NCBI GenBank assembly: GCA_964658305.1
Contig: OZ210886.1
Coordinates: forward strand, 434,001-498,000
Length of the DNA: 64,000 bases
Reading direction: 5' to 3'
Source: Leptogorgia sarmentosa
Taxonomy: Eukaryota
Shown here: piece by piece, positions 49,208 through 63,671 of the stretch
How the letters are laid out: each line of letters begins with the position of its first letter
How positions within the stretch are numbered: the first letter of the stretch is position 1
The notes under the pieces: generated by a model
Seen by the model: only the letters and a program-made list of their open reading frames with translations
Database searches by the model: none
What the model was told of the DNA's origin: nothing
Made by a program: the position numbers and the translations under genes

Positions 49208-52200
49208 ATGAGCACAAGACAGGTTTTACAAGGTAAGAAGGATACATGTTTAATAGAACACGCTAGAGAATCAAAATAGTCTTTTAACTCAGTTTATTTC
49301 TCAATGTTATAGTTTTTGAGCAGTATCAAAAATCAAGAACAACGTTTGTTCAGACTGTGGCCGATCTAGCTTCGCGTCCACAAAATATTGAGACTCTTCA
49401 AAATGCAGGTAGGGAAGGAATAAATAGCAGATTTTTTCGTATAAACAATCTGGAATTATTGATCAAATTGATGCCTATATTTGAGTATTTGGCAGCTCTT
49501 GAAAGTGAGGACTTAACAGCATATTAGGGCCATTCCAACAGGCCAAGTATTCAAGTAATTTAACTGCTTGCAAAATACCAACGTCTGTCTATATTCAGGG
49601 GGGGAGGTCTGTGCAACTTCTTCATTGTGCTCACTTGTAGCGTGTAAACATAGCTCAAACGTCAATGTAAAGTTCATGTCCATTTTCAACTAATCATGAA
49701 CACCAATCCAAGTTGCCTCCCCCCTCCCTATTCTTAGAGACTTATCCTCTTTAAGTCTTTCCCCATTTCCCCACTCATTTCAAATCCTCATTCTTGTTGC
49801 AAATACAAATTTCTTTTGTTTAACACAGGTGTTATGTCATTGTTGCGTCCATTGCTGTTGGACATAGTTCCAACGATTCAGCAAACTGCTGCTTTAGCCC
49901 TGGGTAGGCTAGCTAATTATAATGATGATCTTGCTGAAGCTGTTGTGAAAGGAGACATATTGCCACAGCTAGTGTATTCTCTTGCTGAACAAAATGTAAG
50001 GGTTTAATCTTTTAATTGAGTTTTTATAAAGTGGATCATGTTGTATTCCAATTTCCTGTAAATTTACCCTAAACTGCCTTTGCTAATGAAGGCATAATTA
50101 TGCCCCTAATGCCCCTGAGGTACTGTACTGTAATCCCCTGCCAGCACCTCTTTTCTTCTATCATTCCTCATGTCACCTAAACAATATACTTGACATTTTT
50201 AAAAAGTTATACCAAACAGAAAACCTTTTCTTTGTAGAGATTTTATAAAAAGGCTGCAGCATTTGTTCTCCGTGCAGTTGCAAAACACTCACCTGAGTTA
50301 GCACAGGTAATTTTTCATTTGTTAATTAAGGTCAACTTGAAAAATATATTAGTATCACTTATAGATGTATGCATGCTTTTTGTATCTGCGAACGCAGATA
50401 CTATGCTATGACCCTGTTAGCTGTTAGCTGTTAGCTGTTAGCTTCTAGCCAATCAGCGACGAGCTTTTGCTTATAATTACGTAATGCAAGATGGCGGCGT
50501 TCGAGGAGTGAAGGCGATGTTCGATCGGATTTTTGCGAAAATGTGAAGTGCAGTGTTTAAGTACGACGGTTTAAGCAAACAATCTTGACTTTGCAGGTCC
50601 CTGTCAATGTGCAGTTGTAATTTAACAAAGGATTTGAAACGGCAGCGTGCTGTTTTATCGGCCTTTCGATTTGTAAATTGAAAATGCGTACAGAGCACAC
50701 TGTCCAGATGGCCGACCCATGAACGGTTTTGTCACAGCACGCTATATAAAAACTGGATACATTCTGTTGAAGTAGCCTGTTCGCAGGTTAAATCTAATCA
50801 CATTCAAGATGGCGGTCAAAATTGAAATAAGGCCAAAACGATATAATTAAATAATTTAATGACATTTACATGTAATATTAGGTAATCCCACGATATTCAG
50901 TATAAAGCCATAGTTTTATGCATATTGGAGGCGCAAAGAAAGTTTTTTCCCAAGGAATTTCCTCGTATTTTTCACGAAAGAGTCGAAGGAGGAAGGTGAG
51001 AAATGTTGTATATGAGAACAGTCAACACTAACTAAACATCGCTTATTTAATAAGACAGCATGCTGATTTAGGAAATCTGTTTGAGTATAGTTCTAGGTTT
51101 AAATGTTTTGTGCGTTAGGCTTTGGGGTTCGATTAGTTTCATATTTAGGGTTAGCTTTAGTTTAGGTTCATTTATTGCTTGCAAACCAATACTTTAGCGG
51201 TGGATTTAAGCGCTACCTGGACTTTTTAGCATGTCCGATTGCGCTTTCCGACGACTCATCCGTCAGTTCTGCTTCACCATTCGCAGATACATGTGCGCTT
51301 TGCGAACCTATTTTTGTATCTGCGAACGCAGATACTATGCTATGATCTTTCAGCTGTTAGCTGTTAGCTGTTAGCTTCTAGCCAATCAGCGACGAGCTTT
51401 TGCTTATAATTACGTAATGCAAGATGGCGGCGTTCGAGGAGTGAAGGCGATGTTCGATCGGATTTTTGCGAAAATGTGAAGTGCAGTGTTTAAGTACGAC
51501 GCTTTAAGCAAACAATCTTGACTTTGCAGGTCCCTGTCAATGTGCAGTTGTAATTTAACAAAGGATTTGAAACGGCAGCGTGCTGTTTTATCGGCCTTTC
51601 GATTTGTAAATTGAAAATGCGTACAGAGCACACTGTCCAGATGGCCGACCCATGAACGGTTTTGTCACAGCACGCTATATAAAAACTGGATACATTCTGT
51701 TGAAGTAGCCTGTTCGCAGGTTAAATCTAATCATATTCAAGATGGCGGTCAAAATTGAAATAAGGCCAAAACGATAAAATTAAATAATTTAATGACATTT
51801 ACATGTAATATTAGGTAATCCCACGATATTCAGTATAAAGCCATAGTTTTATGCATATTGGAGGCGCAAAGAAAGTTTTTTCCCAAGGAATTTCCTCGTA
51901 TTTTTCATCACGAAAGAGTCGAAGGAGGAAGGTGAGAAATGCTGTATATGAGAACAATCAACACTAACTAAACATGATTAACACTGACAGCATGTTGATT
52001 TAGAAAATCTGTTTGAGTATATAGTTCTAGGTTTTTAATGTTTTGTGCGTTAGCTTTGGGGTTCGATTAGTTTCATATTTAGGGTTAGCTTTAGTTTAGG
52101 TTCATTTATTGCTTGCAAACCAATACTTTAGTGATAGATTTAAGCGCAACCTGGACTTTTTAGCATGTCCGATTGCGCTTTCCGACGACTCATGCGTCAG

Positions 52201-55068
52201 TTCTGCTTCACCATTCGCAGATACATGTGCGCTTTGCGAACCTATTTTTTTCAAGTGCGATCTACTGAGATTTTAATCGTTACTGTAATGACATCCTAAA
52301 AGTCGTAGTTTTACATGTCTGAACATTCACGATCATAGAGACTGTCAAATTTGTCTTTGTTTAGGCTGTGGTGGATTGTGGGGCACTGGATGCCTTGGTT
52401 ATCTGCTTGGAGGAATTTGATCCTGGTGTGAAGGAGGCTGCAGCCTGGGCACTAGGATATATTGCGAGACATAATGCAGGTAATAACATTGAAAAGACAA
52501 GTGTTTGTTGAATGTGTTTGTTGATTGATTGATTCGCAGCAGAACAAACTTATGAAACAATTAGCCGTTTCCCAGTCGAGCAAAGTACTGAGTAAAGTTG
52601 ATGTTTAGGAGGACAACAGTTAACCAGTTATAGTAGGAGTGCTAAAAATATACGGTATTAAAAGATGTTTCAGGCTGCACAAAAAAAACTTTAGGGATGT
52701 AGGAAAACGTGACGTCCTACATAGATGCTATATTCAGCATATTGTTTATTGTTGTCCCCCCAACACTGAAAGGCTGGGAAACACCCCTGCGGTACATTTT
52801 AGGCTTTTTTAAAAAAAAGCCGCGAAAAAGCACACGCACGACACGTGAATGGGGGGTTACTCTGTACATGGTATTGTATTTGTATGACCCAATATCGGGT
52901 TAAGAGAACAGCTATAGTTAGCAACCTAATTGTGGATTTGATGATGTTTCAGAATTATCCCAGGCAGTCGTTGATGCTGGAGCTGTACCTCTGTTGGTGT
53001 TATGTGTTCAAGAACCAGAACTGTCTCTGAAAAGAATTGCTGCATCTGGTCTCAGTGACATTTGTAAACACTCCCCAGAGGTAAGTATCGATATTTTGTC
53101 TTACTAATAAGACATTTGATGTACAATAATTATATCTAAATTCTCTCCTTTTCCAGCTCGCACAAACAGTCGTTGATGCCGGAGCTATTGCACATCTTGC
53201 TCAGATGATACTCAACCCTGATTCCAAGTTGAAGGTAAGAACGTATTTTATTCAACTACCTGTGATGTGATATTGTATTTGTTTCAGATTAAGTCGTCTC
53301 CCATAGAATGTTTTAATACGGTGGTTTTCTTTAGAGCATTTATATACAACGTCATACTTTTTCTCACATCTGTAGCTATAGAGAAAAATTTTAGGTGCGC
53401 AACATGGACAGTGCTCAATCCCATTTGCATTTTTATTATTTTTTAGCGCCAAGTTTTTTCAGCACTAAGTCAGATTGCCAAACATTCCGTGGATTTAGCA
53501 GAAATGGTTGTCGAAGCAGAAATATTTCCTGCAGTATTGACATGTCTTAAAGGTATTCAAGTCTTGTGCATGGCTGAAGACTAGGGCAAGATCTCCTTAA
53601 ATTTCCTTTCTTAAATCAACGTTATGTTTCGTGCACGGATGTGTTTCTCTTAATGATTCCCTAACATATTCCGGTGATGAAACGTGGTAGCTCAGTTAAA
53701 AAGTATATATACTAGCCATATTTTAACCTTAAAATATATATATATAATGGTTACAGTATATCTTTCCTTTTGAATAATATACGTCAATATTTGGTCAAGG
53801 ATATAAAGATTGAAATTCATGCTATTTGAACGATGCTTCATTCTCATGTCATCTATTTTGTAGATCAAGATGAGTATGTGAGGAAGAATGTGGCTACACT
53901 TATTCGAGAAATCGCTAAACATACACCTGAGGTAAAATAAAATGGTATTTTTTCTGTCAGTTTATAACGCACGTTTTTAAATTATTTTTTAAACTATTGT
54001 CTATAAATAATTCAATGATGATAAAATATAATATTTCTTCATCCAGCTATCTCAGTTGATCGTGAACTCCGGAGGTGTGGCAGCTGTAATCGATTATATT
54101 GGTGATTCACAAAGTAATGTTCGACTTCCCGGAATTATGATGCTTGGCTATGTAGCTGCGCATTCTGAGAATTTGGCAATGGCAGTCATTGTATCAAAGG
54201 TATGATTCAGAAGTTAAAAAAAACATCCCGACGTTATGTTCCAAAGCATCATTTTATCTGTGGTACTCATGTTTCATTCACTTTTGCACTAGGGAGTCGT
54301 GCAGCTTGCTATTGCCCTGAGCGAAGAAAAAGAAGATCACATTCTGGCCGCCACAGCCTGGGCACTAGGTCAGATAGGTCGCCATACCCCGGAACATGCA
54401 AAAGCTGTAGCTGTTGCAAATGTTTTACCAAGATTACTTCAACTTTATCTCAAGACTGGCAGTTCTGAAGACCTACAGGCAAAGGTATTGACTCGTCCGT
54501 CATTCGTGTATAATCATTATATACGATTATTGATCGAGTTCCGTTGGTTTTTTACAGGCAAAACGATCGTTAAAAAACATCCTTCAAAAGTGCACGCATC
54601 TACCAGCGCTGGAGCCTCTACTGCATGATGCGCCACCGAACATTTTGAAACACGTGGTCGGTCAGTTTGCTAAAGTGTTGCCTCATGATAGTAAAGCACG
54701 AAGAGTGTTTGTTACAACTGGAGGATTGAAGAAAGTCCAGGAGATTAAAGCAGACCCAGCTTCAGCACTTCATGAACATATCACCGCTATCAACAGTTGT
54801 TACCCTGAGGAGATTGTCAGGTATGATTTTATGATTGTAAGAAGATGGTAACAGGGGATCGTGAAGGATAAATTGTAAAGTAATGAAATACAGGGTATAG
54901 GCAAGTTGTTATGCCCGCAAGGGATGATAGGAAGTGAGGTATAATTGATTATTGAGGTATATAAGTGATTGCTAATAAATGGTAAATTTTGTTTTTCTTA
55001 GATACTACTCGCCTGGTTATTCAGAGCAATTACTGGAGAGAGTGGAACAATATCAGCCTGTAATTTAA
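49208..55068 (+). CDS. SPAG6: Sperm-associated antigen 6 (PF16), armadillo-repeat central apparatus protein
   Basis: MSTRQVLQ|VFEQYQKSRTTFVQTVADLASRPQNIETLQNA|GVMSLLRPLLLDIVPTIQQTAALALGRLANYNDDLAEAVV...KVLPHDSKARRVFVTTGGLKKVQEI...YPEEIVR|YYSPGYSEQLLERVEQYQPVI-stop. Confidence 0.98.
50377..52251 (+). mobile_element. Head-to-tail dimer of a ~934-bp non-autonomous Helentron (HINE/DINE-1-like) element within SPAG6 intron 50307-52364
   Basis: Each copy: T-run, subterminal IR TGTATCTGCGAA followed by its partial complement CGCAGATAC, (CTGTTAG)n microsatellite, 3' sub-TIR TTCGCAGATACA, short hairpin GTGCGCTTTGCGAAC, T-run; no TSD. Junction at 51311-51315. Confidence 0.82.
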
Positions 55069-55726
55069 TGTGCTTCTCATATTTTATCTTACTCGCTTTA
55101 GAATATTGCTAACACTTGTTGGGTATAATGTATTGGTACACAATTTGTAAATAATGAAACTTTATCACACTGTTCTTTGCGTGTTTAAAGTACAATGTAA
55201 TAATTCGTTGAAGCACGTGCCAAGTAAAGCATGCTTTTCGACGACTTTTCCCATCTTTTTTCTAACCTGGCAGAACCTGTACGCAGGCAAATTTTGATTT
55301 GTCTGTTCTCACATGCTGATAATACCTTCGGTACTTTTTCATGTATTGCGTAAGCTAAGTTATTGACTAATTGACTTATTGCAAAAACTCTGCTAAGTGA
55401 TAATCACTTGTTACAACTAGCTATGTTCATGACGTTACATAGATTGTAAAACTAAACATACATTTGCATTTAATCGCTGTTCATGAGGAATTTCGGTACA
55501 ATGAAAGTAAACATTAGTCCGTCTACCGGGATCATATACACAAGCATTCCACGTTCATTGAAACCATATTCAGGTCTTTACAGTATAATAATTACATTCT
55601 AATTTTACATGTGAAACACGATTTTTAGACTGGTGATTTCTTAAGCGAGTGCATAACACTTTGTACATTCATGTATCTATGATACAATTTAAATTTACAC
55701 ATGTCTTCCATTATTTTCCATACAAA

Positions 55727-58700
55727 TCAATTATCTTTTCCCAAGACTTGGTCATATTCTAACAATATAAATTCAACTATTTGGTTCTGGTAAACTGTAT
55801 TCAAAGCTATGGAGCTATGATGTTCTTCACGGGGTGATAACAGCGTTGGACCAAACACGATAGCAATGTTGTGTGCGTGCATGCGGTTCTTATCACTGTT
55901 TGCCATTACCCTAAAAGTACAAAAATACAAAGTTGTTCACACATGAACATTATCCGAATAAATACCACCTGGATCACCTGGACAATCTTCATTGAGTTCC
56001 CGGGGGTTTATTTACTTTGACGCTTTGGTAAGTGAGGGGGAGGAGGTTATTGGAGATCAGGGGTAATGATGGTAAGCATGGATTTCTCAACAACCCAAGC
56101 AGTACCGCACTTGAACATGTAAAATTTTACCTCTTTAAATGTCTGAAAAGATATCTGAATGTTTCACAATTGGGTGAAGGAAGCTTGTTAACTTGAGTTC
56201 GAATACCATTAGATTTCTCTTGCTTTGTCGACGATTCTGGAACACAAATAATGTATCCATGAAAGTGTCATTGAATTGAATGTGTGTCTAATAATAGATA
56301 AATGCTACTCAAAATTCTCCTGATTTGTTGTAGCCGGTTATCGTGTTATTTTAGTCACGTGAATATATAACGTTTTACATTTACTTACTTATTGCTTCAA
56401 TGAAACTGTCATAGGCGTCAAATGGAATTAAAGGTTCAGGTAGTTCTCTGAAGTAAAGTTTTAATGTGCCAGATAGCACGTGTACATCGTCAAAAGGTCG
56501 CTCACCAAACTTTACATTCTCCTCTGAAAAAAAAAGTTTAATCAGAAACAGACTGGTGAACGGGTTGTTTTGGGAGGCTTGAAAAAACTGTACTCGGTGG
56601 ATAATGTTATCCAACCTTCGAACAACCGGCCCCTGGCCTAAGACAATACCTTGATCTACAGTTATGCGAAGTTGTTGTATCGAAGATACGTTGCCAGATA
56701 TTCTGTACAAGCCATCAAAATCAAGACCTGCAATGAAACAAATTCTTATCAGTTATCAATCATAATTACACTCCACAGGGAACGATGAAAAATCGAAAAT
56801 TAGTGAAATCTCTCTGTAGCTAAACGCGTTGAAACAAAAATGTTTGAAAATTTGTTTAACCAATCACATACGCAGGGATGTTGTGAAGGCATTATCCACA
56901 CGTTGCTTTCTATCCTAGATTTATCCTCTCCATATCCTCATTTATCCACAAAACACATTACCTTTACTTTCGATGGCTTCTATGCAACCAACCACCACTT
57001 TAGGAACTTTAGTCTGCTCTCTTGAACACAGTTTTTCAATATGACAACCAAATTTTATATCTAAATAATTAAACAACAGCTTTCAACTTTTGTCACTCGT
57101 GGCCAACAGCAACCTGAAATTTTACATTAGCTATCTCAAGGTTTTATATTTGAAGCTAATAATATTATGCATATATATAAATAAGGTCAAATCTTTGGGA
57201 TGATTTATCAAAATTTGGAAATTCGTCACAAAAGTGACGTGAAAACTATTGCATGCTATGGCAACAACATTAATTCTTTTTTACCTTTTATAATTCCTTT
57301 CTTTTGCAACTCCTCAATAGTCGGTCTTTTCGTTATCAGTTTCTTTAATCTATCCCGAATGTTTTTTTTATCTCCATCACCACGTGCTAAATTCATGTAA
57401 TTACAATTAAAACAGGTATTATGGAGAACATTCAGAGAGAACGGGTGGGTAAGACAGCCGGGGTCCGTTGCATGAAGCTCGTATATAGAGAGCATGTAAT
57501 GTTAAACATGAAAAATATCAAGATTCATACGTTTCTTCAAAGATCCTCTTGAGACCCCAGATGATGCTGGTGGTGGTGGTTTGGAAATGTTCACAATATC
57601 GCCATAGAGCCTCGCTTGCAAACCATTATCTGAAAAAATCGATCGATAACGCATATTTCTTCTCACAACTCGCAGAGTTTTAATGCGCCAAGTATACAAT
57701 ATACAGGGCTAGTTTTTTTACAAAGCTGAAAATTAAAAAGCATATTTCTTACCTACTGGCTCAGTTTCCTCCTAGAAAATACAAAGAATCATTAATCTTT
57801 AGAGCAACGAAATAAGCCTAACTTCCGGTAATGAATTCTCTCTCAAAGTTATCCACTTCAGCCTTCAAAGGAATTTACAAAAACAGTTTTCTACTGGGAT
57901 GAAAGAGAGATTCAAATGGTTTGTGATCTCTCCAACTGGACTCGTTATGCAGCAATGCATCCTAACATCTATGTCATACGACAAGACTTTAACCAACCAG
58001 GTATTTGACCACATCAGCAATCATATGATACCACACGCTGAATTCGTGCACGTCATCCACTTGAATCAGAAAACATAATTTTGCAACGGTAGCAATCTAA
58101 AGGGGAAAGAGAGCGGTACACGTCGTTTAATACTGCTACGCACACAAAATAAATAAAACTACAACTAAACAAATCCACAAATCAACATGACTCGATGTTT
58201 CAAAACATATTACAGATTAAAAAAATCTGTTTATTTGAGATTCTACATTGAGAAATGTTAAAACGTCACACTAAAAAATGCAAAGTGGAATGCAATAATG
58301 AAAGCCCATCCGATTCCGTGGAATAATTGCATGTGGTAATTTACCTGCATTATATTTCGTCGTTTGTTTTCATCAGGCATTTTCTGAATAATTGCTCCTC
58401 GTAGATCGCAACTACTGTCCGGTTGGCCATGCGCGAAGCCAGGTCGCTAAAAAAATAATGTGGTACGCAACCATGATTGTGATCTTCAATACATTATAAG
58501 ATGAAATGGAAAATATTTTTAAATATTATTAAAATAATCATTTTCTCAGACAGAATCTTTATTTTCATGATCCTTTCAGCTGTTAAAGTTACCAAAAGTT
58601 TTTCTTTCTATTCACTCAGGACCAAAACCTACTAAGTGTTACTTATGGCAATTTCCATAACTTTTCAGCTTACCGGCTGTGCAGCATTTTGATTCTTGTA

Positions 58701-61700
58701 CATAATCATGTTTGCTGATGATAACTTTACGTAACAAGGGCCCCAAGTTTTTCTAAAATAATGATAGTAAATATAAAATATTGTTCATGTTAACTTTTCA
58801 ATAAAAGAATGAAAGCGACACGTACTTCACTTTCTTGCCACCCTTCTCACAAAGCTTCTTACGGTTAATAGTTCCTTCTTTTTTGATAGACTATAAAGAA
58901 AAAATCTTTAGTTGGTACAGTGTTATGATTTTCTTCGGGAATATGTCCCCAGTCTAACTCTTTTACCCTTACTGGACGAGTTTACGATCCTTCACTATTT
59001 CGTGGCAGGGAGTTCACCAACTTGGTCTATAGACTAGGATTTTCGGGTATACATATAGGGTATTAGTACTCACATAATCTAAAGCAGGAAGATTAGGTGG
59101 TGGCGGAAATTCATCTGAAAGTACCAAGGAATTTCTCGCTTGGTCTGTCGGTGAGCGTTGTCCCTAGAAACAATATCCGTGCTATAAACTGTTTTTATGT
59201 GAGGGGAAAATTTTGCTGCAAATTGATGGAGACCTTGCTTACAACAGTCCCCACGAAGGTCAATATCGGCCTGTTATATGCACGAAGTGTTCGTTGTATA
59301 TAAAAAAATATTAATAAATATTTTTAACTACCCTTCTAAAATAAATATCCTATTTAGTCTATCTTGCCTTGCAACACAGATATATTATGTATAGCCTTCT
59401 TTCTAAATAATAGTTTCAGTATATAAGTAACGTGAAGGTCAATTGTATTGCACTCGTACTGTATATGCATCAGTTAACTTTAGAAGGTCCATGCAGTGAA
59501 ATATAAGCTATTGCTAAACTGCCTTTTTGTAAATTAACCTTGTTTAGGATTTTCGATTTCAGTTTTGGCTGCGTCAGTTCGTGGGCAAAGTTAGCTAACT
59601 GTCATTTTGATCTAGCGACAACAAGCAGGCAAATACCATCAACAAGCAGAAAATTCCGTAAATTTATATATCTAAACATGTTTAAATCATAATTAACTAA
59701 ATTCGATAAATTAAAGAATTGATTCCGTCACTTATTTTAATGTTCGACGGTTCGCTTAGCAAGTGATTTATTATAGCAAAGCTGCTGGAGATACCGTTGT
59801 TCTGTACAGTGTGAAAATACCTGTCAACAGTTCCCGTTATTGAATGAATGGTATACGACAATAATTGTAATGTGTGTTCATTTTTATAGACTGGTGCAAT
59901 TACATTAGATTGGTGTAGTGCATTAATTGTGCAAGTAAACTTCGAACAGAAGTTTGTGCAAGGTTGACAAAAAAGAAATGGTCATACCTTGGCAAAACTG
60001 CTCATTTCTGCAGAGCTAGTATTGAGTGAATTTAATCCGGCAAGCATTGATGCAGATCTTGAACTGCGAAGATGCAATTGCGGTGATTTATGTCGTAAAT
60101 TAACCACCCTCTCTGAGCCTTCCGAGAGCATCCGAGACCTCGGTGTTAATTTACGTTTATCTTGCTAAACAAGAGAGAACACACTTGGCCTGAAGTATTG
60201 CTTTGCAAAACAGCAATGAAATGAAAAATATTGGAATTATACTGCATGTGTTAGGCTTCGTTATAAAATGTATCTTTTGTGTCATAGAAATCATGCAATA
60301 TCTTCATCATCTTTCATCATTGCAACTTGTGATGTCACACACGAAAGTTTTTTCTTATAAACTGGAACCCTGAAACCGCTGATCTTTTTTATCAATTTCG
60401 TTTGTTTAGTAATGATGCTAATACTCAAATAATTTCTTTTAATGATAAAAAACGATATCAAATTTTTAGGGATATTTCATTATAAAATTATGTAAATCAC
60501 GCCATCATATTGATAAAATTAAATATTTCAACAGTGAAATATGTGCAGACAAAAATTCTTTAGATATAGCTAAAAGACGGTATTTTCGAGGATAACAAAC
60601 ACCTTGAAGACTAAGTTTGAATGTTTAACGATTTAGGTTAATATTTACAGAGGGCCTTACATGCAATTTCAGAGTAAGTGAAAATCTTTTAGATAAATTT
60701 AAGGTACCATACTCATGTGGTCAAAACCTTTGGATAATGCTATTTATAAAACATTTACATACGGTGATTTTTGGTCAGGAACTCACGGTATCTCTACTAA
60801 ACTTCGGTTTTACTAAATCTTGTCCAATTATTGCTAAAATAAATACCATCTCTCCATTATTGGCATAAACCATACTTACCTCCGTTTCTGGTAATTGTAA
60901 GACATTTGTGTCATTAAATTCGGGCAATTCCCATACAGTCTCGCCATTTGTATTGTAGTAGTATGTCCTGCCTGTTTCATCTTTTGACGACTGCCACTGT
61001 TATACAAGAAAATAATAACACTTCTAAACACACCATTTGTAGCTTCTATTCAGCCTACCTAACCTAACTGAACCACATTTGAGAGAAGGAAGTTACAGGT
61101 TTATCATGGTGCATCAACATGAACATGAAGACCAATTTAATAAATTTATTATTGATCAAAACACATGTATCTCTATCTCTGACTAAGGGGAAAGCAGGCA
61201 CATGAAAAAAAGCAGGATGCAAACATATTTCAAATTTCGGGGGAATTAAGGGCAGGGCAATTAAGAAAAGGTATTAGGAAGTAGACTTATATATGATCAT
61301 TTGAGCTAGCAGGTACATACTCATAATATTCAGAAAGACACCTGCAATCCTGAAAAAGACCTTATGCCATTACATACCTTTTGATCATTGGACTCATTTA
61401 CGTATTGATATTCTTCAAATGAGGACTGCCTTTCTAACCTCCATCCTCGTGGTAAACTTAAAGAATTCCTTGCGCTCTAAAATGAATCAAAAGTATTGTG
61501 AAAAATGATCATAACATTGAGTATGCACAAGTATTGTGTGTGAGTGTAAAATAGTAAATGCAGGTTATAATGGACCTCATATGCCATGCTCTATCATGCC
61601 TAGTACCACAGTCAAGGGAGAAACAGCACTGCCAATTCATAGGTGATGAATGCATAACCCTCAGCTTCATTCATACACCTCAGTGTAAAAGTACTTCACA

Positions 61701-63671
61701 AAAGTAATGTGACACAGCTTGACAAACATGCAACAAAGTTGAATTTTTACATATAGCTCTCTATTAGCACAGTTCTTTATCAAGAGAAAAGATTTGTGTA
61801 ACTAAACAACATGTAAGTTAAATTAAGCAAACATAATGAGCCTCTCAAGCATGAGTGAAAAACTGAAACTAGAATTGTTGGCATTTGCAATTTTGCAATA
61901 TCAACATACATCACTTTGTGAGTCAGAGCTTGTACTACAAGTAGATGGAGGTCTCCAAGTGCTCTCATTTGTTACATTGTTAAAGTAAAATGTTCTCCCT
62001 GATTCATTGTCTACTTCAATTGACCAGCCTGATGGTAAAGTTGCTGATTTTGGTCGATAGGCTCCTGCTTTCCTTACTCCATTAGAGTGACTTTGTTGCT
62101 CTCCAGTTGAATAATGACGTCTCATGGTTGGCTATAATTATGAAGACATGCGTCACATGCGTCACATTTTTAAATGGTATATCAAATTTTGCAGTACTTG
62201 AGTTGCTACAATTGATAATTTTAACCTTAAATAATAGCATCTCTAAAAAGAAAGGAAAATTGAAATCAAGTGTGTCAAGTACCTAGTAATTACAAAACAT
62301 CTTCACAGAATAATGTACATACATGGTATATTTCATTTGCATGAGCAAAGATATCTGGGCAAACTCAGAAATTGGACTGTTGTTTATGTACTTGCTTTAA
62401 TTGTCTTAATTTTTTCAAATTTAAACTCACTTGGGAACTTTTTGCCACAAGTAATTCTACTTGTACCATAAATTAACATTCATGTTTGACCAGTCATTTT
62501 GCAGCTGAGTGCAAATATTCCCACTGCATATATATTATATATTATATACAAACACTCCAGTAGCTTATCCCTAAAGTCTATTGCCTTCTTTCACTTATTT
62601 TAGTTTTTCAAATTCCATGTATCCTAAACCTCCTAAGAGGAAATTTATTGAATTCATGACAGTCACTCTTTATTAAAAGATATTTTTGTACAAATGTACT
62701 CAAACTTATTAGGCAAATCATTGTAATCAAATTCATTCATTTACAGAGTTTACAATGTAAACGCTGCACATATTAATAATAATTTCCTGGCATACATCTG
62801 CATCACTTTCATTGATCTAAATTGAAACAATCTATCAAAGACAAAATGTTGCAAATATTCCAATGACAAAAAACACATCATTACCGAATAATTATTGAGA
62901 TATAAAACATGACCTGAAAGAAATCCTTTTTGATCAGAAGAGCTCAATTATTAGACAATGTATTATAATGTAGAAAACCCCGCAGATAAATGGCTATGCA
63001 AGTTTCGATCACCCATTTCGTAAATAAATTTGCCCAGACAGAGAATCTCTTTAATCCAATAATCTATTGGAATTATTAACCCAGGCAACAACACTTTAAA
63101 ATGAAGTGATTGATTTTAGTACAGGGCATAGTTTTAACTTCCTTGTTCTTCACATGGGCAAATACAAACAGAAATGTTTACATTCTCTTTAGTAGCTTTG
63201 AGTGCATACCTCTCGCCCAGTTGAATTCACTGGAATGTTCGCATATATTCTCTCTTCAACATTATTCACGTTTACGTATATCTTCTCTGAATCCTCCTCA
63301 CTGAACGATGTTGTTTCTTCTTCCGCTGTATTTGTCGTTTCGTCTTGAATGTCTTGATATGAGTCCTCAGACGAAGGTGAAAGTGTACTGTCCACTGTCG
63401 TGTCACTATCGCTAAGATCAATACGCGATTCAGTCATATAATTTGCTGGCACATAAATATCTTGTTCGCCTTTACGTACGTGCCACCAATCTTCGTTAGA
63501 CTTTTCAACTAATATGAAACACTCGCCAGCTTCAAATGAAATCTGACGTCCTGGTTGCATTTCGTAAGAGTAGGGGTATAAGGCCCGTACAAGTAATGTT
63601 TCATGACCATTTCCGACCAGTGCTGCAGATCGTGACAATAGCGCATCCCCATTCCTTTGCGTTGCATACAT
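55727..63671 (-). CDS. ARHGAP12: Rho GTPase-activating protein of the ARHGAP12/27/15/9 family (SH3, two WW, PH, RhoGAP)
   Basis: SH3 VRALYPYSYE...EDWWHV...YVPANY (63400-63590); WW LPSGWSIEVDNESGRTFYFNNVTNESTWRPP and WQSSKDETGRTYYYNTNGETVWELP; PH KEGTINRKKL...TWGPCYVKL; IRDRLKKLITKRPTIEELQKKGIIK; GAP GLYRISGN, LKLYFRELPEPL, NRMHAHNIAIVFGPTLL. Confidence 0.93.

Noticed and set aside
50477..51631. Duplicated 73-aa ORFs (50477-50698, 51410-51631)
   Set aside because: Chance frames inside the duplicated non-autonomous element; GTG start, no domain.
59539..59598. Possible 60-nt in-frame cassette exon in the ARHGAP gene
   Set aside because: Phase-compatible, but the acceptor lacks a pyrimidine tract; unsupported without RNA data.
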